A model generated the notes under the pieces. The model was given only the letters and a program-made list of their open reading frames with translations, was not told the origin of the DNA and did no database searches. From IMG/VR virus record IMGVR_UViG_3300021168_000494, positions 3,304-67,303 of that record: 64,000 bases of DNA. One strand, given 5' to 3'. This document shows, piece by piece, positions 17,398-24,820 of the stretch (within the stretch, counting starts at the first letter, position 1; each line of letters begins with the position of its first letter). Both the position numbers and the translations under genes were made by a program. The DNA is from a virus.

Positions 17398-17871
17398 ATG
17401 TCGGAACACGAACATAACGAAAAATCCCGACTGACAAAGATCGAAGAGATTCTCGAGTGTCTGCATGAAGACGTGAAGCGGATGCTCCGATGGATCGCTC
17501 TAAAGAAGATCGACTTTATTCAAGTTGGAGGCAGTATGAATTTCTCAATCGTTCGAGGCGCAGCGGGAACTTTCACTGCAGTCTTGACGCCAGCCAATGG
17601 CACCCAGGCACCGAGTACTCTTCCTGCATGGGCCGCAGATGATACGACCATCGTTCTCAATCCGAGCGCTGACGGGCTGTCTTGTGAAGTCACGGCGCCG
17701 CTCGGTGGAACGGTTACGGCGTTCCATCTCAGTATCAAAGCGACGTCGTCCGACCCGAGTGTTGGAGTAAGCGGAGTGGTCAACGCGAATCACGCGATTA
17801 CGATCACCGAGCCGACTCCTCCACCGCCGACGCCGTTGCAGAGCATCGACTTCGTCCAGTCCGCTGGCTAA
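17398..17871 (+). CDS. Ig-like beta protein, possible head decoration; alternative start at 17536
   Basis: Thr/Ala/Val-rich beta pattern 'P.W..DD......PSADG.S..VT'; strong GGAGG SD at the internal ATG 17536. Confidence 0.6.
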   Translation: MSEHEHNEKSRLTKIEEILECLHEDVKRMLRWIALKKIDFIQVGGSMNFSIVRGAAGTFTAVLTPANGTQAPSTLPAWAADDTTIVLNPSADGLSCEVTAPLGGTVTAFHLSIKATSSDPSVGVSGVVNANHAITITEPTPPPPTPLQSIDFVQSAG

Positions 17872-17887
17872 AGTCTCGTCGCTCACC

Positions 17888-17926
17888 AATCCCCGGGCGC
17901 GCACTTCCACGGTGCCCGGGGATTTT
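17888..17926 (+). terminator. Intrinsic terminator-like hairpin
   Basis: AATCCCCGGGCGC...GTGCCCGGGGATT followed by TT. Confidence 0.6.
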
Positions 17927-17933
17927 CCAGTTT

Positions 17934-18106
17934 GCTCCGGTAGCTCAGTGGTGCAGAGTCCGGTCACATGCGTCCCGCTTCGGCTGGCTGCAACGGCGAT
18001 CAGACTCCGCTAGAGCACCTCGTATTTAACGAGGGGGTCGTGGCGGGTCGCCACCGCGCGCAGGGTCGCAAGGCTCGGCGAGGTTCAAAACCCACCCGGA
18101 GCGCCA
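17934..18106 (+). ncRNA. tRNA-like RNA (UUU anticodon position, encoded CCA) with 58-nt D-loop and 39-nt T-stem insertions
   Basis: Acceptor GCTCCGG/CCGGAGC + G + CCA; D stem GCTC/GAGC; anticodon stem CCTCG/CGAGG with loop TATTTAA; variable loop GGGTC; T loop TTCAAAA with stem GTGGG/CCCAC. Removing both inserts gives 76 nt. Confidence 0.8.
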
Positions 18107-18110
18107 TTTC

Positions 18111-18152
18111 TCCGCTAATTTTATCAGCCCACGAACTGATAAAATTAGCGGA
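18111..18152. repeat. Perfect 17-bp AT-rich inverted repeat
   Basis: TCCGCTAATTTTATCAG-cccacgaa-CTGATAAAATTAGCGGA. Confidence 0.85.
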
Positions 18153-18168
18153 CGTTCCACGTGGAACG
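18153..18168. promoter_or_regulatory. parS: parS-like palindrome
   Basis: CGTTCCACGTGGAACG matches the chromosomal parS consensus GTTtCACGTGaAAC (GTTCCACGTGGAAC variant). Confidence 0.7.
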
Positions 18169-18189
18169 CTCCCTCAATTCAAAAAAACT

Positions 18190-18218
18190 TTGACAATAGG
18201 CAAGGGCGGGTGTACTTT
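18190..18218 (+). promoter_or_regulatory. Sigma70-like promoter for the capsid operon
   Basis: A-tract, TTGACA, 17-nt spacer, TACTTT. Confidence 0.7.
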
Positions 18219-18222
18219 CACT

Positions 18223-18385
18223 CTCAACAGAGCGCACCCTGCGAGCGGGATAAACTAGACGCCACTCTGCATTGTTCCAAAGCACATCGGGGGATCGACA
18301 AATCTGCGTGCTTGACTGCGCGTGGATCGCCAACGTGCTCGTGCGGGGAGACGGCCACTGTTGAGCCAATGCAGAGGTTCCCACT
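18223..18385 (+). promoter_or_regulatory. Structured 5' leader of the major capsid gene
   Basis: CTCAACAG(18223)/CTGTTGAG(18358) and CTCTGCATTG(18265)/CAATGCAGAG(18367) perfect pairings; the second covers the SD. Confidence 0.55.
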
Positions 18386-19723
18386 ATGGCAAATCCTTTG
18401 GCAGAAGCGGCCGTCGAGGCCGTAGAGCTAGAGAATTTTGCGAAAGGGATCCCGGACCTGGTCTACAAAGGCCACACGGTCTACAACTTCATCAAGAAAA
18501 AGAGCAAGACGTACCCGACCTCCGTCACCACGCAAGCCGGTGGCGTTTCGCGTCCGTCGTTCCGCATTCCTGTCCGCATGCAGTCCGGTGCGGCCATCTT
18601 CCAGGCGACCGGCAACGGTGACGCCCTGGGACGCGGGACTGGCTCCTTGTGGGTTGCGGGAGACCTTTCGCCGATCGGTTTGTTTGCCGGCTGCGAGATC
18701 ACGTATCTTGCCCGGATTGCGACACAAGGCCCGAAGCGCAGCCTGATCAGCTTGCGCGCCGAAGAGTTGAAGAACTCCTTCAACCAATTCATGCAGGGGC
18801 TGGATGCTCAGTTCCTGAGTGACGGTTCCGGTGCCATCCTTCAGATCCCTTCCACTGCGACGATCAATAACAACACGCTCGGCGGGTCCAACCCGTCCTC
18901 GATCGTGGGCCTCGGTGGCCAGGCAAATCAATTCCAGGAACAGCAGGTGGTTCAGTTCTTCCCAACCGAAGGCGGGTCGGCACGCACCACGCCGGCGACT
19001 GCGACGGTTTCCTATGTCGATGGCGCGAACGACACGGTGTACTTTTCGACGGCTCTGCCGACGAACACAGCCACTGGCGATTTCGTCATGATTCAGGGGA
19101 GCACGGGAGCGCTGAACTCGGGCCTTGCCGGGATTTACACCTATCAGGTGAACTCGAACACCGGCACGATCCTGAACCTTTCCCGGTCGACCTATCCTGG
19201 CCAGCTATCGACCCCGAACATCAACAAGAACGGGGCCGCCATCAACATGACCGACGCCTATAAGGCCGAAATTCTAATCGGCCGCGGACTCGGTGCGGAC
19301 AACGAAGCTGTGGCTGACTTCGAATGGATCTGCGGACCCGACCAGGAACTGGCCGTGACGCAGCTTTACACGAACGTCCTGTCGCAGAACTACGTGCCGC
19401 CCGGGGACAAGGCGCTGGACATGGTGAAAAAGCACATGTCTCCAACCTACGGTGGACGCACGCTCAACGTGAGCTACACCGCGAAGGCGGGGCGCCTCGA
19501 CGCTCTTTGCCCGGAGACTTGGGGGATCATCGAGACGGTCGAGCCTTCGCTGTACGATTTCGGAGACGGTGTCACCACGATGCCGATCCCGGACTACGTC
19601 GGCCAGGGCAGCTACTTGACCTCTTCGATTTTCTTCTACAACGCGTTCCTGAACCTTTTCAACTCGAACATGAAGGCCGCCGTGTTCATCTCGAACGCTG
19701 CGCAGCCTCCACTGACGAGTTAA
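18386..19723 (+). CDS. Major capsid protein
   Basis: 445 aa after the scaffold, with its own promoter and strongly biased codons; HK97-fold-like 'DG.G.I' and insertion domain. Confidence 0.8.
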   Translation: MANPLAEAAVEAVELENFAKGIPDLVYKGHTVYNFIKKKSKTYPTSVTTQAGGVSRPSFRIPVRMQSGAAIFQATGNGDALGRGTGSLWVAGDLSPIGLFAGCEITYLARIATQGPKRSLISLRAEELKNSFNQFMQGLDAQFLSDGSGAILQIPSTATINNNTLGGSNPSSIVGLGGQANQFQEQQVVQFFPTEGGSARTTPATATVSYVDGANDTVYFSTALPTNTATGDFVMIQGSTGALNSGLAGIYTYQVNSNTGTILNLSRSTYPGQLSTPNINKNGAAINMTDAYKAEILIGRGLGADNEAVADFEWICGPDQELAVTQLYTNVLSQNYVPPGDKALDMVKKHMSPTYGGRTLNVSYTAKAGRLDALCPETWGIIETVEPSLYDFGDGVTTMPIPDYVGQGSYLTSSIFFYNAFLNLFNSNMKAAVFISNAAQPPLTS

Positions 19724-19742
19724 ACCCTCAACCAACGCGCGT

Positions 19743-19777
19743 GATCGGGGGAGGAGTTGCGCCCTCCCCATCATTTC
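19743..19777 (+). terminator. Hairpin after the capsid gene
   Basis: GGGGGAGG...CCCTCCCC stem. Confidence 0.45.
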
Positions 19778-19795
19778 AAATCGGGGGAAATCATC

Positions 19796-20203
19796 ATGGC
19801 AATGGATAAGACGGATTCGACCGGTGTTTTGGATTCGAGTGCTCCAGTTGTGAAAGACCTTCGCCGGCTCGATGAGACCGGGGAACGCAAGGAAAAGTGG
19901 GAGATTGTTCCGCGGCACGAATGGGTTCTCATCCGTCAGAATCGTTCCGAGGAAGAGAAAACCGAAGGCGGGATCGTCAAGCCTGGCGAGGACTTCTTCC
20001 TGATGGATAAGGGGAAGCCGAAATCCCAACGCGGAGCGGTCGTCGCCGTATCAGAGAAGATCACGGACCTCCAGGCTGGGGACTTCGTGATCTTCACCAA
20101 CTTCCCGATCGACCTCGAGGATATCGAGGAATTGACCGGTGACCCGGAACTGAAGCTGGTCCGAGATGAAGAAGTGTACGCACGCGTGAAGCGATGCACA
20201 TAA
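19796..20203 (+). CDS. groES: GroES-like co-chaperonin
   Basis: 'IVP..EWVLI.....EEKTEGGIV.P....K...G.VVAV......L.AGD.V.F...LVR.EEV.A'. Confidence 0.8.
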   Translation: MAMDKTDSTGVLDSSAPVVKDLRRLDETGERKEKWEIVPRHEWVLIRQNRSEEEKTEGGIVKPGEDFFLMDKGKPKSQRGAVVAVSEKITDLQAGDFVIFTNFPIDLEDIEELTGDPELKLVRDEEVYARVKRCT

Positions 20204-20964
20204 AAGGTCCAGAGTCGCGGCGATGCCCGGAAGCGTTTCAGGCGAGGCTCACGCGCATGTTCGGCAAGAATCAGTTCGGTGATCCTCACTTCAAAATCGT
20301 ATGGGGCCAGTCGCAGTTCATCCGCATGGGGAACCTCTGGCGCGACAAGAAAGGGAACGAGCGCCTCGGCTACCGCGAACGCTATCAATGCCACGGGCAA
20401 CCCTGTTGGGTGATCATGCGGTGGCACTCGCCGATGGAGTACGGATCGCCACGGGCCTATTACCTCAACAGCCACATCGCGGCCGAGACGCGAGTCGATC
20501 CAGAAAGCGGAAAGCGCCTCGAGGCACCGAAGGGTTTCTACGTCACTGGTGAGTATCCTTACCGCGGCCGCTATGAAATCGTTCAACCGCTGATTTCGAA
20601 GGAGTTCATCGCCGGCAAACTGGTGGTGACTCACTTTCCGCTTTCGCATTTCCTGATCGACAGATTGATCCCGCTGATGGTTCAGTTGGCCAACCTTTCG
20701 CAAAGGCAGAAAGAGGCGATCCAGGCCGCAAACAAGGCCATCGAAGATAAGAAGGAAACGGAATTCGTCGCGGACATTTTGGAAAACAACATGCCGCGGT
20801 GGATGGGTCCAGTGTCTTACACGAGGCAGGGAATTAAAACCTCCGTGCTAACGCGAAAGATGGATCAGATCCAAAAGGTGTGGGACCGCATGAGCCGAGG
20901 CGGTCGCAGACCGAGGTTCAGTCGGGGCATGGCTCAAGGCGACCGACCGGTCGTCAAACACTAA
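20194..20964 (+). CDS. Hypothetical protein in the morphogenesis region
   Basis: Long ORF coupled to the groES-like gene. Confidence 0.7.
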   Translation: MHIKGPESRRCPEAFQARLTRMFGKNQFGDPHFKIVWGQSQFIRMGNLWRDKKGNERLGYRERYQCHGQPCWVIMRWHSPMEYGSPRAYYLNSHIAAETRVDPESGKRLEAPKGFYVTGEYPYRGRYEIVQPLISKEFIAGKLVVTHFPLSHFLIDRLIPLMVQLANLSQRQKEAIQAANKAIEDKKETEFVADILENNMPRWMGPVSYTRQGIKTSVLTRKMDQIQKVWDRMSRGGRRPRFSRGMAQGDRPVVKH

Positions 20965-20982
20965 AAATATCGGGAGGAAAGA

Positions 20983-21861
20983 ATGGCAACATCAGCGGTA
21001 CCACTCACTCACAGGTTGGCGCAGGATCAGCGAACGGCGAAGAAGAACGCCCTTGCGATGCAGGAGCGGCAGAACCACGGCGAGAACATCATCGAAGCGC
21101 AGGATCAGGGTCGCGAGCCTGGCTACGTGATTTATGTGTACAACATCCTCGACCGTGAATACGTGATCACTCAGCCACCGCTTTTCCCGGGCTTTGTGAT
21201 CCCGGCATGCAAACCGGGACAGAAATTCTCTCACACGGTCCTGCCACCGTTCGTGAAAGAGCCGTACATGAAGCCAGGGTCGACGGAGTACTACTACAAA
21301 AACGTCGACGGCCGGAAAGCAGCGACAAGTCTCCTGAATCCGGGCGCGTTTCCCGGAACCAATTGGGACAGCCAGATTCAGAACTGGGATTCCGAGGAGA
21401 CTGCGATCACCGGATCTGCGAACAACCTGAATCTCTACGGTGCGTGGTGGTCACTCACGAAGCCGGAAGAGACGGAGAAATTGGACGCTGAAATCAAGAT
21501 TTTCAGGGCGCGGGTGGGTACCACGATGAACGCTCTCGTGAAACAGGCCGAGCAACTTGCTGCAGCCGGCGACCTCAAGAGCATTTCTCCGGTCATGCAT
21601 TTTGCGATGGACTATCTCGGTAAACAAGCTCCGTGGCACATGGCTGCCTACCACATGATCTCTTGCCCGAACTGCGGCGAGCCGGTCAAGGAAGGCATCG
21701 CGTACCACAGGAATTCTTTTGGCGAACGTTGCATCGTCGACGAAGTGAAGTACAAAGCGATGGTGGCCAGACAGAGGGAGCTCGATGCTCCCGCGGCAGA
21801 GCCAGACGATGAGCCGGTTGGCGCCGGGGCGAAGAAGAGCAAGCCCCGAAAGGCGTCGTAG
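20983..21861 (+). CDS. Hypothetical protein with a C-terminal 'CPNCG......H.....C' zinc ribbon
   Basis: GGGAGG SD; zinc ribbon. Confidence 0.7.
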   Translation: MATSAVPLTHRLAQDQRTAKKNALAMQERQNHGENIIEAQDQGREPGYVIYVYNILDREYVITQPPLFPGFVIPACKPGQKFSHTVLPPFVKEPYMKPGSTEYYYKNVDGRKAATSLLNPGAFPGTNWDSQIQNWDSEETAITGSANNLNLYGAWWSLTKPEETEKLDAEIKIFRARVGTTMNALVKQAEQLAAAGDLKSISPVMHFAMDYLGKQAPWHMAAYHMISCPNCGEPVKEGIAYHRNSFGERCIVDEVKYKAMVARQRELDAPAAEPDDEPVGAGAKKSKPRKAS

Positions 21862-21948
21862 ATCTTCTAGGAGGGGGGTCCCGTATCCCAACGTACCCCC
21901 GATTCGTGGGGCGCGTCCCTCCTCCTAGTCGCAAGTTGTGAGGGGAAT

Positions 21949-22770
21949 ATGACGAACGTTCAGCCGAGCGCATTTCCGGTTATCGAGGACGTCACATCAC
22001 TGTGGCGATCTCTCGTGAACGACACGTTCCCTGGCCTTCAGGGCACACAGGGGCGCATCGCTACTGATAACGCCCCTTTCACCCTGCCTTTCCTGAATTC
22101 AGCAATCCGCAATCTCTCGCGCCGGCTTCGAAACGAAGGTGTGACCTTTCCGATCAAGGATGGCGTGGTCCTTGGGAATATCCCCGCAGTCGTCAAAGCG
22201 GACACCAGTGTTTTTATCAATATCGGTTTCAACGGAACGAACAACGGCACCACCAACAGTGCGACGCCGTTCCTTCCTCCCGATTGCATGCAGGTGTACC
22301 TCGTGCGCCAGCGCGTTACGGGATCCGGCCTTCCATTCGTGGTCGTTCCCGAAGCGGCCGGCGGCTTGCAGTCTGGATTTCAAAATCAGTGGCTCGGGCA
22401 GTGGGAGTGGCGCCAGTACGCGATCTGGTTGAACGGATCCCTGCAACCGCAGGACCTCATGATCCGGTATCTCTCCGGGCAGCCACCGATCAACGTGCCG
22501 GCCGCCAATTTCGCGAGCACGCCCATTTTCATTCTCGATTCCGCAGACGCACTGGCTTATTTGATGGCCAGCGACTACGGATCTGCGCGCGGGGCAAACC
22601 CCGCGGTGATCGCACGAGTCGAAAAAAAGGCCGATGACTTCATCGACGAGATGGCGCTTGAGTACATTCGCCGTTCACAGACGCAAAATTTCCAGCGGCT
22701 TTCCTATCAGGGCGGTGGTTCGAACGTCCAGGGTGACACGGGTCTTGGATCGACGGGGACACAAACATAA
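21949..22770 (+). CDS. Probable head-tail adaptor
   Basis: Position; 'R.LVND...FLNSA.R.L...L' and 'LP.DC' adaptor-like patterns. Confidence 0.6.
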   Translation: MTNVQPSAFPVIEDVTSLWRSLVNDTFPGLQGTQGRIATDNAPFTLPFLNSAIRNLSRRLRNEGVTFPIKDGVVLGNIPAVVKADTSVFINIGFNGTNNGTTNSATPFLPPDCMQVYLVRQRVTGSGLPFVVVPEAAGGLQSGFQNQWLGQWEWRQYAIWLNGSLQPQDLMIRYLSGQPPINVPAANFASTPIFILDSADALAYLMASDYGSARGANPAVIARVEKKADDFIDEMALEYIRRSQTQNFQRLSYQGGGSNVQGDTGLGSTGTQT

Positions 22771-23790
22771 ATGTCGACCTTCTTCCGCATTCAGGGATCG
22801 CTTAACTCTGCTCAGGGGCCAGCCCTCGACGGAGTGATCATCTACCTTTGCACGCAACCGGCAGTTACCTCGACGATCCCTCCATCACCGCTCGCGACGA
22901 TCTATTCCGACAACGCCGGCGCGAATCCGATCAATCAATCGGTTGCACCGGTCCAGACCGATGGCCTCGGAAACTGGTTCGCTTACGCGGCCACAGGCAC
23001 TTACACGATCGTATTCTTCGATCCGATTGGCCGGATACCCGTCACAATATTTCCAGATCAGCAAGTCGTGTCTCCTGGCGGCGGATCCGTCACGAGTATC
23101 GGGCTCACGATGCCGGCAGAGTTCACCGTTGCCGGATCGCCCGTCGCGAGCAACGGCACAATCGCAGTCACCAAGGCGAATGAGAACGCAAATCTCGTCT
23201 ATGCCGGCCCTTCTTCCGGTGGTGCTGCAGCGCCGACCTTCCGAGCCCTTGTTGCTGCTGATTTGCCATCTGGTGGGGGAACAGTCACGAGCGTGACGCT
23301 TGGAGTAAGTGCCGGCGCACTGTTCACGGCGTCCATCACTGGCACGAATCCGATCACCGGTGCCGGCACGTTCACGCTGAACCTGAATTTTGCGAATCAG
23401 AATCCAAACACGGTGCTGGCCGGCCCCGCGAGTGGTGCTGCCGGCGCCGTCACGGCCCGAACACTGGTGGCAGCAGATATTTTTGTTCCTGTGCCGGTCG
23501 CGTTCAGTGCAACTCCTGTATTCAACGCTGGCCTAGGGGCTTGGCCGGTTTTCACGATGACGCTCACCGGTGCTGTGACCTCGAGCAGCGTAACGAATGC
23601 GACGGCTGGTCAACACGCGACGTTCATCATCACGCAGGACGGGACAGGTGGCCATCCTTTCGCGTGGCCACCAAACTTCAAGGATCCACCGGCCGTTGCG
23701 CCCGATGCTACACTTGTAAGCGTTGTGATTTTTGTTTACGACGGCACGAATTGGCGACCGACCGGCCCCGGCTTCACGATGGCCGGATAA
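22771..23790 (+). CDS. Virion structural/fibre protein
   Basis: Tailspike head-binding-like N-terminus 'NP....P.QTDG.GN...YA'; two 'N.V.AGP.SG.A...TFR.LVAAD' repeats; 'TQDGTGG...WP' C-terminal domain. Confidence 0.7.
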   Translation: MSTFFRIQGSLNSAQGPALDGVIIYLCTQPAVTSTIPPSPLATIYSDNAGANPINQSVAPVQTDGLGNWFAYAATGTYTIVFFDPIGRIPVTIFPDQQVVSPGGGSVTSIGLTMPAEFTVAGSPVASNGTIAVTKANENANLVYAGPSSGGAAAPTFRALVAADLPSGGGTVTSVTLGVSAGALFTASITGTNPITGAGTFTLNLNFANQNPNTVLAGPASGAAGAVTARTLVAADIFVPVPVAFSATPVFNAGLGAWPVFTMTLTGAVTSSSVTNATAGQHATFIITQDGTGGHPFAWPPNFKDPPAVAPDATLVSVVIFVYDGTNWRPTGPGFTMAG

Positions 23791-23862
23791 TTTTCACTCG
23801 CGCTTCGACTGGCGAGGAAGTACGCCACCTGGACTCCAGGGTTGGAAACAAAGGAGTAAATC

Positions 23863-24240
23863 ATGGCACTAGCAACACTCTCCGTGAAGCCTGGCTTCAC
23901 CCAATCGAACGATCAGCGAACGCAAAGTTTTTGGGGAACGCTTCTCGTCAGCGCGCCGACCGACACCTATCCGAACGGGGGTTTTTTGCTCGACAGCGTG
24001 CTACTTGCGGCGCTTCTCCCGAATAGCAACTCGGGCATGATCGGATTCCAGGCGCAGGGTTCCGGGTCTGGCTACATCTATCAGCGTATTCCGTCCACCG
24101 GTCGGCTGATGGTGCTGCAGATTCCTCCGAACGGATCGCTCACGACCGCGGCACCGCTGCAGCAATACCCCTCGCAGCAGGTGTCGGGCATTTGGGCCGA
24201 CGTGATTGGCTTCGAAGCCGTCTACTTGAGAAACGCATAG
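23863..24240 (+). CDS. Small virion protein
   Basis: AAGGAG SD; 'TYP.GG' motif seen in decoration-type proteins. Confidence 0.6.
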   Translation: MALATLSVKPGFTQSNDQRTQSFWGTLLVSAPTDTYPNGGFLLDSVLLAALLPNSNSGMIGFQAQGSGSGYIYQRIPSTGRLMVLQIPPNGSLTTAAPLQQYPSQQVSGIWADVIGFEAVYLRNA

Positions 24241-24253
24241 TAGAATAAGGCCC

Positions 24254-24820
24254 ATGTTCATCTACGTTGTCACGAACGATGTGAACAGCAAATGTTACGT
24301 GGGCCTTCACTTCGGAAGCGATTTGCGAAAGAGATGGTTAGAACATCTTTCTGCCGCTCGCATCGGCTTACGAAGTGCTCTCCATTGCGCGATGCGGAAA
24401 CACGGCGTCCACAAATTCCACATCAGTTCGCTGTGGTCGGGAACGCTCTCAACAGAAAACCTAAAGTTATTAGAACGCTTTTTCATTAAGTCGCTCAAAA
24501 CCAAATCTCCGGTCGGCTACAACACGACAGATGGTGGAGATGGAACTATCGGTTATCGTCACAGTGAAGAGGAAAAGCGAATTCGCAGCGAGAGGATGAA
24601 AGGAAATATCTCGCTGTGGACTGGAAGAAAACGATCTCCTGAAATCGGCAGAAGAATCAGCACCGCAAAACGAGGAAAGAAACGAGGACCGCAATCTCCT
24701 GAATGGAGGGCTAAAATATCTGCCTCCCTGATCGGGAACAAGCGTTCTCTGGGACACAAATGGTCTGCAGACTCGATTGCAAAGCGAACAGCAACGCGAG
24801 CCGAGAAGGTGAACCATTAA
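24254..24820 (+). CDS. GIY-YIG homing endonuclease with NUMOD3-like repeats
   Basis: 'FIY...N..N.K.YVG', 'RW..H', 'GYN.T.GGDG', 'HSEE.K...S'. Confidence 0.88.
   Translation: MFIYVVTNDVNSKCYVGLHFGSDLRKRWLEHLSAARIGLRSALHCAMRKHGVHKFHISSLWSGTLSTENLKLLERFFIKSLKTKSPVGYNTTDGGDGTIGYRHSEEEKRIRSERMKGNISLWTGRKRSPEIGRRISTAKRGKKRGPQSPEWRAKISASLIGNKRSLGHKWSADSIAKRTATRAEKVNH

Noticed and set aside
18023-18029. tRNA-like RNA as decoder of the AUU starts or as a stop suppressor
   Set aside because: The anticodon position reads UUU, not AAU/GAU or UUA, it lacks initiator features, and genes show normal stop usage.
18035-18106. attP core made from a tRNA 3' half
   Set aside because: The 5' half of the tRNA is also present, the site is mid head module, and no integrase is visible. 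Not fully excluded.
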